IMG/VR virus record: IMGVR_UViG_3300029611_000007
Direction: 5' to 3' (one strand)
DNA: 55,548 bases
DNA from: a virus
How positions within the stretch are numbered: position 1 is the stretch's first letter; every line of letters begins with the position of its first letter. Both the position numbers and the translations under genes were made by a program. The notes below the pieces were generated by a model that saw only the letters and a program-made list of their open reading frames with translations, was not told where the DNA came from and made no database searches. Below are positions 39,333 to 49,647 of the stretch, piece by piece.

Positions 39333-42300
39333 AGCTTTCCATCCTGATCGGCGGTCACGTTGACAACTCACTTGCGCAGGCGGTGAAGTTGGCGAACACG
39401 CAGATCGGGAGCATTGCAAACGGCGCATCGAAGTTCGCGGAGAATATCGCCAAAGGTGCAGTAGCCGCCGCCGGTGGCATAGCCGCAGCCGTGGTCGATA
39501 CCACGAAAGAATCGGTTTCGTTTGAAAGCGAAATGCTGGATGTGACGAAGTACGTTAGCGGACTGACGGACGACAGCGGAAAAGTCATTCGTAGCAACTA
39601 CGAAGAAATGTCGAAAGACATTCTTGATTTGAGCACGGATATTCCGTATACCGCCGAAGAACTGACCCGTCTTGCGGCTGCTGCCGGTCAGTCTGGTAAG
39701 AGCATGGACGACCTGATAAGTGACGGCTTCCTGCGTGATGTTGCTGAAATGGGAACGGCTATGGACATTTCCGCAGATCAGGCGGGCGACTGGGCCGCAA
39801 AGTGGGAAGTGGCTTTCGACATAAACCACGATCAGGTTATGGAGCTGGCTGACCAGATCAACTATCTGGGGGCGCATTATGCGACGACCGCCGCAGAAAT
39901 CGCCCAGACGGTGAATGACACCGGTTCTCTCGGCCAGATCGCCGGTATGGACGTTGCAAGTACGGCGGCTCTGTCTACGGCACTTCTGGCAATGGGTGTT
40001 GACTCCGGTAAGGTTGCAACGTCTATTCGCCGGATGTACACAAACCTCTCGATGGGATCAAAGGCGACCGACGCACAGGCGGCGGCATTTGAACAGCTCG
40101 GCTTTACTGCGGAACAGTTTGCAAAGGATATGCAGACGGATGCACCGGCAGCAATAAAGAGCCTGTTCACGGCCATTGGAAGCCAGCCGAAAGACAAACA
40201 GGTTGGCTATCTGAAAACGCTGCTCGGCCAATGGGCCATTGAATCCGGTGCAAAGCTGACCGGAAACCTTGACCTGTTCATAAAGACGCTGGACGATGTG
40301 GGCGATGCTTCTAAATACAACGGCAGTATGTACAAGGAGTTCTTGCTGAAATGCGAAACCTCCGAATCTGTACTGACGATGTTGAGCAACGCATGGCGGG
40401 CTGTCCGCATCGAAGTCGGAAACAACTTCCTGCCTATTCTGAAAGACGTTGCCGGGTTCGGCATCGAGAAGATCAACGACTTCCGCGCAGCCCTGCCGGA
40501 TATAACGGCACGGGTAAAGGAAGTAATCGAATACCTGCTGAACAATGGCGACAAGGTAGCCGCCACGCTCGGCGGCATCGGCGCGGCGTGGGCCGGTATG
40601 CGGTTTGCGCCGCAGATTCTTCAAGTCGTCAGCGGGGTCACAAAGGGAGTGAGCGGGGCCGCTACCGGCGGCGGGAAGATTTTCAACGGCATCCGCACCA
40701 TCGCCAGCGGCATGAGCTACGGCGCACAGATGGCGGGCATCCAGTCCCCGTCTATTGGCCCGCAGCCGCAAAGCTCGTTCCTGAAAAATATTGCGACTAA
40801 GGCGAACGGTGCGGGTGTTGGCCTGTGGGCTACACTGAAAAACTTTACCGGCCTGACAAAGAACGATGGAAAAACAAAAATCGACTTTGTTCGAGACGTT
40901 ATGGGCGCATCGGAACGCGGGCAGACCATCCGGCAGAGCTTCCCTTATATCAACGGCGTTATGTCTGCTGCGTCTGACTTCGGAAAGACGAAAATCGCAT
41001 CCGGCATCGGTGGCGTTACCAAGCAGATTTTCACGGGAATCATCGGCCCGAACGGTATCGACGTGGCGAAACTTGCAGGAGGACTAAAAAACTTCGGTGG
41101 GGCTACGGCTGCTGTATTTGGAGCGATGCCCGGAAATGCTGCAAAAGCTGGCGTGAATTTCCTCTCAAAGATGAACTTTGCAAACGGTACTGGTTTGGGA
41201 AGAACCATCTACCGAATGGCAAACAGCACGCAGGGATTGAGCGGAAAGGCTGCTCTTGCGCAGATGGGGTACATCTTCAACCAGACGCGCCCCGGACAAG
41301 TGCTGTCTGGCGCAACCGGATTTGTTAAAAATGCAGCTCCGGCGGTGGCAGACTTCGGCGGCAAGGCGTTCGGGCTGGGCAAGGCCGTGGCATCGCCCGT
41401 CCTGAAAGGCGGCTTCAACATCTTCGCGGGCCTTATGTCCACATTCGGCCCGGTGATCGCCGGTCTTGGTTCTGTGATCGCGGTGGTCAGCCTGTTGGGA
41501 GATCACTTCGAGGACATTCGCCAGATCATCGGACAGGTGTTTGGCGAAAAGGGCTTGACGCTCTTTGACGGATTCACCGGGAAAGTGCAGGGCATCGCAG
41601 GGAACATCCACGATACCTTGGCTGGCGCGTTCTCGCTGGAAAACCTGCAAAACATCCAGCAGAGTTTGAGCGGGAAGAGCATCTTCGGCATCGACGATCT
41701 GGGAACTACGTTTGGCGCGGTGATCCCGATTATCGAGTCGGTAAAGGGTTTGATCGGGCAGATCGTAGACCTCGGCGTGAACCACATCAAGCCGCTGCTG
41801 GCGGACGTGCTGAGTTTCGCTGTGAACGAGCTGTTTCCGGCGGTGTCGCCGCTGATAAGCGCGATTATTAGTCTGGTCGGTACGACCCTGATAAACGCGA
41901 TCAAGTTGGTAGTCGATGTGATCCACGGCCTGCTGCCGGTGATAGAGCCTGTGATCCAGTCCATCGTTGGGCTGATAAAGGGCATCGTATCGGTGACGGT
42001 CACGGTCGTCAACGGCATCATTCGCGCCCTGAATAGCTTCTCGTTCACGGTTCCCCAGTGGCTTGAAAATGTCCCAGTGGCGAAGAACTTCGCCGGTAAG
42101 ACGTTCGGCTTTAACCTGTCGGAAGTGGCAATGCCCGCTTTCGCAAACGGCGGCTTTACCCGTGGAGTGAGCATCGCCGGTGAAGCTGGAACGGAAGCTG
42201 TCATTTCTTTCAAGCCCAGCGTCCATGACAGCAACGTGGAAAACTGGGTGCGGGCTGGCCGTATGCTGGGCGTGTCTGGTGAGGACGCGACCCGCGCAGC

Positions 42301-43363
42301 CGGTGTGCAGAACGTCCAGTATTTTGCGAACGGCGGCTTCACCGACGGAAGCAAGGAAAAGCTGGACAACTTGATCGACTTCTCCAAAGCCTACGACGAT
42401 TACGCTCTGCGCTCCAACGGCATCAAATCCACCGGTGATGTGGTGTCGATGATGTGGACGGTGGCGAACAACGCCATGTCCGGGGACGGCTCTTTGGAAC
42501 TGGTGGCGACCAGCATCGCCGCCGACGTTGCACCCATCATCCTGAACAAGTATCTGGGAAGCGACAGCACGGTAACAAAGGCCGTAACGGAAGCCGCCAA
42601 GACCTACAACGGCGGCACGGTGCTGTCGAGCTGGCAGGATGGTGTCTTGACCGACACTGGAACGCCGCTCTATATGCTGTCGCAGCAGGACGCGGCACAG
42701 CCGCCCGCCGCAGAAACGCCCGATGTTCCGGCTGAAACGCGCCAGACCGCGAAAGACTTTGCAGAGAACAGCGCAAGTGCAACGGGCAACGAGAAGCTGG
42801 ACAACTTGATCGACTTCTCCAAAGCCTATGCCGACTACGCCCTGCGCTCCAACGGCATCCGCACGGCGGGGGACGTTGCATCTATGCTGTGGACGGTAGC
42901 CAACAACTCGCTGGCCGGTGACGGCTCTCTGGCTCTGGCAGCTACCAGCATTGCCGCTGACGTTGCGCCGCTGGTACTGAACAAGTATTTTGGCGGGGAC
43001 AGCACGATAACCTCTATGCTGACCGAAGCGGCCAAGACCTACAACGGCGGCACGGTGCTGTCGAGCTGGGAAAACGGTGTTCTGACCGACACCGGAACAC
43101 CGCTCTATATGCTGTCGCAGAGGGACACCGAGAAAACCCTGCCGGATATGCCGTCCAGTGCCTACCGCGCCGCGGGCGGCGGTGACGGCGGAAGTTCCAG
43201 CAGCATCAAGGATTCCCAGTTTGTCTTTTCGCCGCACATCACTGTCGGCAGCGGGACAAACATGGAAGAGCTTGAACGTGAAATGCGGAAGCTGTTTGAA
43301 GAGTTCAAACAGGAAATGCGTGAAGAAGAGCGTGAACAGGGCCGTGTCAAATATGCTTCGTAA
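39311..43363 (+). CDS. Tail tape measure protein
   Basis: 1350 aa, Ala/Gly-rich and TM-like central region, after the chaperones. Confidence 0.9.
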   Translation: MAKNQELELSILIGGHVDNSLAQAVKLANTQIGSIANGASKFAENIAKGAVAAAGGIAAAVVDTTKESVSFESEMLDVTKYVSGLTDDSGKVIRSNYEEMSKDILDLSTDIPYTAEELTRLAAAAGQSGKSMDDLISDGFLRDVAEMGTAMDISADQAGDWAAKWEVAFDINHDQVMELADQINYLGAHYATTAAEIAQTVNDTGSLGQIAGMDVASTAALSTALLAMGVDSGKVATSIRRMYTNLSMGSKATDAQAAAFEQLGFTAEQFAKDMQTDAPAAIKSLFTAIGSQPKDKQVGYLKTLLGQWAIESGAKLTGNLDLFIKTLDDVGDASKYNGSMYKEFLLKCETSESVLTMLSNAWRAVRIEVGNNFLPILKDVAGFGIEKINDFRAALPDITARVKEVIEYLLNNGDKVAATLGGIGAAWAGMRFAPQILQVVSGVTKGVSGAATGGGKIFNGIRTIASGMSYGAQMAGIQSPSIGPQPQSSFLKNIATKANGAGVGLWATLKNFTGLTKNDGKTKIDFVRDVMGASERGQTIRQSFPYINGVMSAASDFGKTKIASGIGGVTKQIFTGIIGPNGIDVAKLAGGLKNFGGATAAVFGAMPGNAAKAGVNFLSKMNFANGTGLGRTIYRMANSTQGLSGKAALAQMGYIFNQTRPGQVLSGATGFVKNAAPAVADFGGKAFGLGKAVASPVLKGGFNIFAGLMSTFGPVIAGLGSVIAVVSLLGDHFEDIRQIIGQVFGEKGLTLFDGFTGKVQGIAGNIHDTLAGAFSLENLQNIQQSLSGKSIFGIDDLGTTFGAVIPIIESVKGLIGQIVDLGVNHIKPLLADVLSFAVNELFPAVSPLISAIISLVGTTLINAIKLVVDVIHGLLPVIEPVIQSIVGLIKGIVSVTVTVVNGIIRALNSFSFTVPQWLENVPVAKNFAGKTFGFNLSEVAMPAFANGGFTRGVSIAGEAGTEAVISFKPSVHDSNVENWVRAGRMLGVSGEDATRAAGVQNVQYFANGGFTDGSKEKLDNLIDFSKAYDDYALRSNGIKSTGDVVSMMWTVANNAMSGDGSLELVATSIAADVAPIILNKYLGSDSTVTKAVTEAAKTYNGGTVLSSWQDGVLTDTGTPLYMLSQQDAAQPPAAETPDVPAETRQTAKDFAENSASATGNEKLDNLIDFSKAYADYALRSNGIRTAGDVASMLWTVANNSLAGDGSLALAATSIAADVAPLVLNKYFGGDSTITSMLTEAAKTYNGGTVLSSWENGVLTDTGTPLYMLSQRDTEKTLPDMPSSAYRAAGGGDGGSSSSIKDSQFVFSPHITVGSGTNMEELEREMRKLFEEFKQEMREEEREQGRVKYAS
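42356..42690 (+). repeat. Tape-measure internal duplication, copy 1
   Basis: 'EKLDNLIDFSKAYDDYALRSNGIKSTGDV...GTPLYMLSQQD'; the partner copy is at 42791-43125. Confidence 0.85.
42791..43125 (+). repeat. Tape-measure internal duplication, copy 2
   Basis: 'EKLDNLIDFSKAYADYALRSNGIRTAGDV...GTPLYMLSQRD'. Confidence 0.85.
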
Positions 43364-43375
43364 GGGGGTGGTCTG

Positions 43376-43579
43376 ATGGCGTACACGACAAAGAGCGGCG
43401 ACACTTGGGACGGCATTGCGAAATCCGTCTACGGTGACGAGCTGAAAGCCGATGTGCTGATGGCCGCAAACCGGGAGTACATCGAGATTTACAGATTCGA
43501 TTCCGGCGTTGAGCTAGTCACGCCGGACATTGAAGAAGAGGTGGCGGCAAACGATAACCTGCCGCCGTGGAAAAGGTAG
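43376..43579 (+). CDS. LysM-domain tail protein (P2 gpX / PBSX XkdP-like)
   Basis: 'YTTKSGDTWDGIAKSVYGDELKADVLMAANRE' LysM motif; position after the tape measure. Confidence 0.75.
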   Translation: MAYTTKSGDTWDGIAKSVYGDELKADVLMAANREYIEIYRFDSGVELVTPDIEEEVAANDNLPPWKR

Positions 43580-44596
43580 GTGGTGATATATATGATTGCG
43601 ATTCAGCCCAGAAAAACGATCCTGAAATTGGAGTACAACGACACCGATATTTCCGGGGACATTTCCGGGGATGTGGAGAGCTTCACCTATAACGACCGGG
43701 GAGCAGATTCGAGCGACAGCATTTCCATCAAGGTAAACGCGGTGGATGATAAGTGGATCAACTCGTGGTTGCCGGATAAGGAAGCTGTGCTACACCCGAC
43801 ACTCTGCACGAAAAACTGGATCGTGCAGGGTGACAGCACCCCGCTTGACTGCGGGACGCTGGTGGTGGACGATCTCAGCTATTCCGCTGGGCCATGTGTG
43901 CTGACCATCGGCGCGGTGGCCCGTCCGAACGGAACGAGCTTTCACGAAAAAAAACAAGAGTGCGTCTGGAAAAAGACCTCCATCAAGCGCATCGCTCAGA
44001 CCATTGCCGACCGGTACGGGCTGGGGTGCAGCATGGATGCCGAGGACGTGGACATTGCGCTGAAAGAGCAGGACGACACGGATAGTTCGTTCCTGCAAAA
44101 ACTTTGCAGCACCTATGGCCTGATCCTCAAAACCTACCGGAGCAAAATCTGGATTTTTGATCGTGAGCAGTACAAGAAAAAGGATGCAGTAGCAACCTTT
44201 ACCCCGGCGGACATTGTGCCTAACTCTTTGAGCTGGAACACAACGCTTTCCGGGACGTACACCGGCGGAGAGTTCACCTACTCGAACCAAAAAAAGAAAG
44301 TCAACATCAAGGTCACAATCGGTACTGCCGACAGGATGCTGAAACTGAACCAGTATGCGTCCAGCGAAGCGGACGCAAAAAGGCAGCTTCAAGCGGCCAT
44401 CGACAACAAGAACCATTCGGCCACGACCATTTCTTTTTCGACGATGGGAAACCTGAGTCTGTGTTCGACCATGTGCATCAATATAAAGGGACTAGGGAAA
44501 CTGAACGGGAAGTATTACATGGACACCGTGAGCCACACGCTGAACAAATCTTCCGGTCTGGTGACGAAAGTTTCTGCAAGCAGAGTGGGAGGGTAA
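43580..44596 (+). CDS. Late-control-D / XkdQ-like tail (baseplate hub) protein
   Basis: 338 aa, position after the LysM protein. Start is GTG 43580 or ATG 43592. Confidence 0.65.
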   Translation: MVIYMIAIQPRKTILKLEYNDTDISGDISGDVESFTYNDRGADSSDSISIKVNAVDDKWINSWLPDKEAVLHPTLCTKNWIVQGDSTPLDCGTLVVDDLSYSAGPCVLTIGAVARPNGTSFHEKKQECVWKKTSIKRIAQTIADRYGLGCSMDAEDVDIALKEQDDTDSSFLQKLCSTYGLILKTYRSKIWIFDREQYKKKDAVATFTPADIVPNSLSWNTTLSGTYTGGEFTYSNQKKKVNIKVTIGTADRMLKLNQYASSEADAKRQLQAAIDNKNHSATTISFSTMGNLSLCSTMCINIKGLGKLNGKYYMDTVSHTLNKSSGLVTKVSASRVGG

Positions 44597-44600
44597 CAGC

Positions 44601-45239
44601 ATGAGCAGCGTTATCCGAATTGGCTCTGTGTCCAAGGTGAACTACGAGGACGGAACCATTGAGGTTACATACGAGGATCGCGCCGATTCGGTCACGGATG
44701 AAATCTGCATGGTTTCCAATGCCATGTACCGGATGCCGGTCGTAGGCAAGCTGGTCTGCGTCCTCCACAACTCCGACAGTCAGGAAATGGGAACGTGCAT
44801 CGGCACGATCTGGAATGAGGACAACAAGCCCGTCGAGGGCAAGAAAGGCCGCTACCGGCACGACTACAACGACGAGCAGGGAAAAGCATTTGAGCAGTAC
44901 GACGGCGACACCGGCGACTACACGGAAACCATCGACGGCAATGTGAAAGAAACCGTTGGGAAGAACGTGGAGTACACCGTCAAGGGTGACATGACTTTCA
45001 AGGTGGGAAGTTCCACCGTAAAGGTGTGTCAGAACGGAACGGTTGAGATCAAGGGCGTTACGCTGAACTTCAACGGAACGACGGTGAACATCAAGGGATC
45101 GACCGTGAATATCTCTGGCGGCTCCGGCGATTGCAAGATCAACGGCATTTCTCTGGTAAACCACAAGCACACTCATTCTGGTGCGGCCACGGCTGGCCCG
45201 TATGTTGTTGCTGGCGAAACCGGAACTCCGACACCGTAA
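44601..45239 (+). CDS. Baseplate spike protein (gpV-like)
   Basis: OB-fold-like N-terminus; C-terminal 'NGISLVNHKHTHSG' resembles the gpV spike tip. Confidence 0.65.
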   Translation: MSSVIRIGSVSKVNYEDGTIEVTYEDRADSVTDEICMVSNAMYRMPVVGKLVCVLHNSDSQEMGTCIGTIWNEDNKPVEGKKGRYRHDYNDEQGKAFEQYDGDTGDYTETIDGNVKETVGKNVEYTVKGDMTFKVGSSTVKVCQNGTVEIKGVTLNFNGTTVNIKGSTVNISGGSGDCKINGISLVNHKHTHSGAATAGPYVVAGETGTPTP

Positions 45240-45251
45240 GGGGGTGATCCT

Positions 45252-45656
45252 ATGGCATGGGGAAGCATTGGATGCTATGCGGGACTGATATTTACGGTAT
45301 CAAGTTGGCGTGTCTTGACACCTGCCAATATCACCGGAAGTACATCAAGCAACTGGGCCACGCACAGTGTAATCGGCGGCAAAGACAAGAGCGAGTACAC
45401 GGGGCCGGGTTTGAAGTCGTACCAGTTTGAAATCCAGTTGGTTTCAAAGCTGGGCGTGAACCCGCGCAAAATCTTTGACGCACTCATGAAGCACTGTGAA
45501 GCTGGAACGATTGACTACTTCATCCTGAACAACAAACCTATGTCGCAGAATCCGTTCAAGTTGACAAAGGTGACGACGGGATGGGGTGCGGTGCATCGTT
45601 TCTGGGGACTGAAAGACGGTAAGGTTACTTTGACGTTGGAGGAATACGCACCGTGA
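45252..45656 (+). CDS. Small baseplate/tail protein (P2 GpU-like, tentative)
   Basis: 134 aa; '..NWATHSVIGGKDKSEYTGPGLKSYQFEIQL..' pattern. Confidence 0.6.
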   Translation: MAWGSIGCYAGLIFTVSSWRVLTPANITGSTSSNWATHSVIGGKDKSEYTGPGLKSYQFEIQLVSKLGVNPRKIFDALMKHCEAGTIDYFILNNKPMSQNPFKLTKVTTGWGAVHRFWGLKDGKVTLTLEEYAP

Positions 45657-45979
45657 GCGACGATATGGAAACTATGACGCTTGGCGGCTTCGACGTTGAG
45701 ATTGAGCCGTCTGGCAAAACCGAAGAACTGGATATTTACAACTGTCTGCTGACACTCTATGGCAGCAAAGAGGGAGAACAAGCCCTTGACCGGGAGTTTG
45801 GCTTGAACATGGAATGTTTGAGTTTGCCCGCCGAAGCTGCACAGGCGATGCTCACGGCAGAGATCATTCGCAAAACAAAGAAGTACGAGCCGCGGGCGGA
45901 AGTGCTGGAAGTGGAGTATGAAACGAGCCACAGCCAGCAAGGACGCATCCGGCCAAAGGTGGTGGTACAGATTGTCTAA
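45653..45979 (+). CDS. Baseplate wedge protein (gpW / gp25-like)
   Basis: 108 aa; 'TAEIIRKTKKYEPRAEVLEVEY'. GTGA overlap start. Confidence 0.7.
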   Translation: MSDDMETMTLGGFDVEIEPSGKTEELDIYNCLLTLYGSKEGEQALDREFGLNMECLSLPAEAAQAMLTAEIIRKTKKYEPRAEVLEVEYETSHSQQGRIRPKVVVQIV

Positions 45980-47153
45980 CATTGCCGAGTTTGCCGATAT
46001 ACCGGAGTACAGCGTTACCGGAAACCTTACGTTGCAGGATGTAAGCAATCTGGTGACGGAAATCTATACCCGGAACTATAAGGCCGTGAACGGTACGGCC
46101 CCGCCCCTGAACAAAGCAGACCCGATTATGCTTACCCTGAAAAGCATGACGGAGCTGTACTACATGATGATTCAGATTGCGGAGAAGCGCACCCGCTGTG
46201 CGCTGCTGAAAACAGCGACCGGCGCAGAGCTGGACAACATGGGCTTGCCGTTTGGCGTGAAGCGCACCCCGGCAACCTATGCAACGGTGACGGTTCGCTT
46301 TACGCTGTCTGCCGTTCAGAAAACCGTTGCCATGATCCCGCAAGGAACCCGCGTCAGAACTGCCGCGGGGGTTTATTTTGCCACAATGGACTATGCACAG
46401 ATCGACATTGGCAAGACCTATGTGGATGTGCTGGCACAGGCCGAAGTGGTAGGCGCGGGCGGCAACGATATTCCGCCCGGTGTTGTTGATACACTGGTTG
46501 ATGCCATTCCGTATGTGGCGGCGGTGGAGAACACCGACACCAGCAGCGGCGGCGCAGACGTGGAGAGCGACGACAGCCTGACCCGTAGAATCTGGCTTTC
46601 TCCCACGACCTACTCCTGCGCTGGCCCAAAGGACGCTTACGAGTTCTGGGCTATGTCGTTTCGGTCGGACGTAGAGAGCGCAATCGCTGTCAGCCCGCGG
46701 GACGTGGCCTGCACGGTGTACATTTTCTTCATGCTGACCGGCGGAAAGATGCCGAGCGAAAAGGATATGAGCGAAATGCAAACGTATCTGATGAACGAAG
46801 CCCGCCGCCCTATGACAGACCGCGTAATCTGCAAAGCACCGGAAGAGGTGGAATATTCCATCGACTTCACCTATTACATCGGCTCTGGAAATTCCAAAGG
46901 CGCAAGCATCGTTCAGGAGAGCGTGGCAAAAGCGGTGGAGGAATTTCAGGAGTGGCAGCGTTCCATTGGTCGGGACATTAACCCGATGGAGCTGATCGCC
47001 CGCCTGCGGGCCGCTGGCGTGAAGCGAGTGGAGCTGCGCCAGCCGGTCGATAAGGTGATCGAGAACGGCATGGATTCGGGAAAAGCCGTTGTGCAGATTC
47101 CGAAACTGAGCGGAACGCCGACGATCATCTACGGAGGTATCGAGGATGATTAA
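45918..47153 (+). CDS. Baseplate J-like protein
   Basis: About 400 aa after the gp25-like gene. Alternative TTG start at 45972 (aaggtgg RBS) would avoid the 62-nt overlap. Confidence 0.8.
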   Translation: MKRATASKDASGQRWWYRLSNIAEFADIPEYSVTGNLTLQDVSNLVTEIYTRNYKAVNGTAPPLNKADPIMLTLKSMTELYYMMIQIAEKRTRCALLKTATGAELDNMGLPFGVKRTPATYATVTVRFTLSAVQKTVAMIPQGTRVRTAAGVYFATMDYAQIDIGKTYVDVLAQAEVVGAGGNDIPPGVVDTLVDAIPYVAAVENTDTSSGGADVESDDSLTRRIWLSPTTYSCAGPKDAYEFWAMSFRSDVESAIAVSPRDVACTVYIFFMLTGGKMPSEKDMSEMQTYLMNEARRPMTDRVICKAPEEVEYSIDFTYYIGSGNSKGASIVQESVAKAVEEFQEWQRSIGRDINPMELIARLRAAGVKRVELRQPVDKVIENGMDSGKAVVQIPKLSGTPTIIYGGIEDD

Positions 47154-48159
47154 CCTGCGGGACGCAAGGATCACGGACGGCCTGCCGCGGATTGTTGCAG
47201 AACAGCCGTGGGCGCAAGTCCTGTCCGCTGTCTACGGAGAATTGCAAGACCGGATGTTTGAATATCTCGACACCGGCATGACGTTCTCCGAAGTGGACAC
47301 ATGCGACGAGGGTGTGCTGGATCAGATGGCCGTTTACCTCAAAATCGAGTGGTACGACTCCACCGCCGACGTGGAAACGAAGCGGAGAATCGTCCGAACG
47401 GCGATTGAGATTCAGCGGTACGCCGGTACGGTCAAGGCCGTCCGGGAACAGGCAAGTGCCGTGTACCCTGATTCCGAGGTAGAAGAGTGGTTCGACTACG
47501 GCGGCACTCCGGGCTTCTGGCGGCTGAACGTCAACATTACGGAAGCGGCGGCGCAGTATCACACCATCCGGGAAATGGAGGACTTGCTGGGCTACACCAA
47601 ACGCCTGTCTGCTCACCTTGAACAGATCAGCTACATGGTGCGGCACAGCATCGGCGTTGGCGTGACGGTGGAGTGCATGGCTTACAAAGTGCCGGAGTGC
47701 GGTATTCCGTACTGCGGAACATACTGGAAGCCCGCCCAACTGGGCTACTCGACCGGCGCAGAGCTGGACGCAGCGGCGAACACCGGAGTGTTCCTTGCGT
47801 TCCCGAAAATCACCGGCACAATCCCGAAGGTGGCGACGAAAGGTTGGAGCGCAGGACAAGAGCTGCAAACCACCCCGGCGGTGGATGGCTACTCCATCAC
47901 CCCGGCGGAAACCGGTAGCGGCGTGACCGGTGACCTGCCCGTTACCAGTACAAAGGGCTACACCGCCAATATGCCGCTTTACTCTGAAACCAGAGTGGAA
48001 GCATTCACCGGAAGTCCGGGAGAAGCGGGCGATTCGACCACCGGCACAAAACCGAGCGCGGCAACGCTGGGAACCAGCGCAGCGGCCACGGCGGGCGGTC
48101 AGGTGAAAGTCGAAGCGTTCAAGATCACGCCGCGTGTCTGCGGCAAGACCTACCTGTAA
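47146..48159 (+). CDS. Tail protein I-like / XkdU (DUF2313)-like baseplate protein
   Basis: 'LPRIVAEQPWAQVLSAVYGELQDRM..' N-terminus; position after J. Confidence 0.65.
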   Translation: MINLRDARITDGLPRIVAEQPWAQVLSAVYGELQDRMFEYLDTGMTFSEVDTCDEGVLDQMAVYLKIEWYDSTADVETKRRIVRTAIEIQRYAGTVKAVREQASAVYPDSEVEEWFDYGGTPGFWRLNVNITEAAAQYHTIREMEDLLGYTKRLSAHLEQISYMVRHSIGVGVTVECMAYKVPECGIPYCGTYWKPAQLGYSTGAELDAAANTGVFLAFPKITGTIPKVATKGWSAGQELQTTPAVDGYSITPAETGSGVTGDLPVTSTKGYTANMPLYSETRVEAFTGSPGEAGDSTTGTKPSAATLGTSAAATAGGQVKVEAFKITPRVCGKTYL

Positions 48160-48170
48160 CAAGCTGCAAC

Positions 48171-48193
48171 AGCCCGCAAGGGCTTTTTCTTTT
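48171..48193 (+). terminator. Rho-independent terminator between the baseplate genes and the fibre/DGR module
   Basis: agccc-gcaa-gggct followed by ttttctttt. Confidence 0.6.
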
Positions 48194-48213
48194 GCAGAGA
48201 AAGGAGAAAGAGG

Positions 48214-48573
48214 ATGGCTTTTTTTACGGATAATTTTCTGAATAACCGCCGCGCTGAACTGCTGCGGGCGGTCACTCGCTTCCAGTACCAGCTCAACAAG
48301 AGCACTTGGGTTGACGGCGAGATCAACAGCAAGGAGATTGCCGGGACTGCCGTGGTGGTCTATGTCAATGCACCGAGTTCCGGTGCAAAGGACACGATCA
48401 CCGGTGTGCGCGTCTACGACAACAACGGTGTGCTGGCCGGGAGCCAGAGCGTGAGCCTGTCCCGCGACAGCATCAACGCCGGTCTGCTGCGGTTTACGTT
48501 CCCGCTGATCGAGGTCGAACCCGAAGTGCTGCGGCTGGCGGAAGCAAACGCAGAACTGGAAAAGACTTTCTGA
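48214..48573 (+). CDS. Hypothetical fibre-module protein (119 aa)
   Basis: gaaaggagaaagagg RBS plus ATG. Confidence 0.7.
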   Translation: MAFFTDNFLNNRRAELLRAVTRFQYQLNKSTWVDGEINSKEIAGTAVVVYVNAPSSGAKDTITGVRVYDNNGVLAGSQSVSLSRDSINAGLLRFTFPLIEVEPEVLRLAEANAELEKTF

Positions 48574-48593
48574 GCAAGGAGGGATAGAAGAAA

Positions 48594-49217
48594 ATGCTGA
48601 TGTTTAAGAGAACCTTTTGGCGCAACCATGTTGAGGATCAGGACGGCAAGGTTATCCAGCAGGGTACATTGCTGGAACAGGATCAGTTCAACCGTATGGA
48701 GGTTGGTATCTCTGATTCCAACATGGCGGCGAACATCATCCACATTATGCTGCTCTGGTTCGGTCGTCGTCTGGGTGTGCTGGAAACGTCCAGCAACAGC
48801 CATGACACCGACATTGCCAGCATCAAGACCCTGAACGGCCAGCAGGACACCCGGCTGGCCGCACTGGAAAAGACCACCGGCAGTCACACTACGGACATTG
48901 CCAGCATGAAGAACACCGACACGCAGCAGAACAGCCGCTTGTCTGCGCTGGAACCGGAGGTGGCGGCAGAAGTCAAAGAGGTGACGCTGAAAAACGGTAG
49001 CAAGTGGCCGTTCGGGATCAACGAGGTCAGCGTGGGACTGGCAAAGACCCGAAAGAATGCCAACTATGGCGTGGACGTGTACGTTAAGAGCTACACCGGC
49101 GGGCGGCTGGGAGACGTTACCGTGTCCGGTAAGCTGACCAACGGTTTCAAGCTGAAACATGACGGCTCTGCTCAGACCGTCGTGGTCGTTGTGAGAGTAA
49201 CGGGAGGTATGAACTGA
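48594..49217 (+). CDS. Tail-fibre-like protein with tandem coiled-coil repeats
   Basis: 'SHDTDIASIKTLNGQQDTRLAALE' and 'SHTTDIASMKNTDTQQNSRLSALE' repeats. Confidence 0.7.
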   Translation: MLMFKRTFWRNHVEDQDGKVIQQGTLLEQDQFNRMEVGISDSNMAANIIHIMLLWFGRRLGVLETSSNSHDTDIASIKTLNGQQDTRLAALEKTTGSHTTDIASMKNTDTQQNSRLSALEPEVAAEVKEVTLKNGSKWPFGINEVSVGLAKTRKNANYGVDVYVKSYTGGRLGDVTVSGKLTNGFKLKHDGSAQTVVVVVRVTGGMN

Positions 49218-49633
49218 TGAATGTTATCGAACTGAACGAGGGCAGAAAGGTTGAGTATGAGCTGCGCGGCACGAAGCTGGACTTCGCAGACGGCACTCTG
49301 ACCATGAACCTTGCCAAGTACCAGCGTGACTACCCTGTGACCAAGACCATCACCGGCGATGCCGAGGGCAATCTGCTGATTGACGGCAGCGACAGCCGCT
49401 TCTATGTCGCAGAGGTAGAAATCCCCGCAATCGAGTATGAGGACGTGGAGGTTGAGGGCGAAGCCGAAAACGCTACCATGACCGAAGCTGTGGAGGGTGA
49501 AACCGAAGCAGCAGAGGACACCACGGCGGAAGATACCGCCCATAAGACCCACATCGAGCGCAAGGCCAAGCCGCTGAACACCGACGACGTGACCCTGCGC
49601 CTGTGGTCTATCGAAGATTTTGACATTCTGTAA
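49217..49633 (+). CDS. Hypothetical fibre-module protein (138 aa)
   Basis: gggagg RBS plus ATG; acidic central stretch. Confidence 0.7.
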   Translation: MNVIELNEGRKVEYELRGTKLDFADGTLTMNLAKYQRDYPVTKTITGDAEGNLLIDGSDSRFYVAEVEIPAIEYEDVEVEGEAENATMTEAVEGETEAAEDTTAEDTAHKTHIERKAKPLNTDDVTLRLWSIEDFDIL

Positions 49634-49647
49634 GGGAGGAAAAGACT

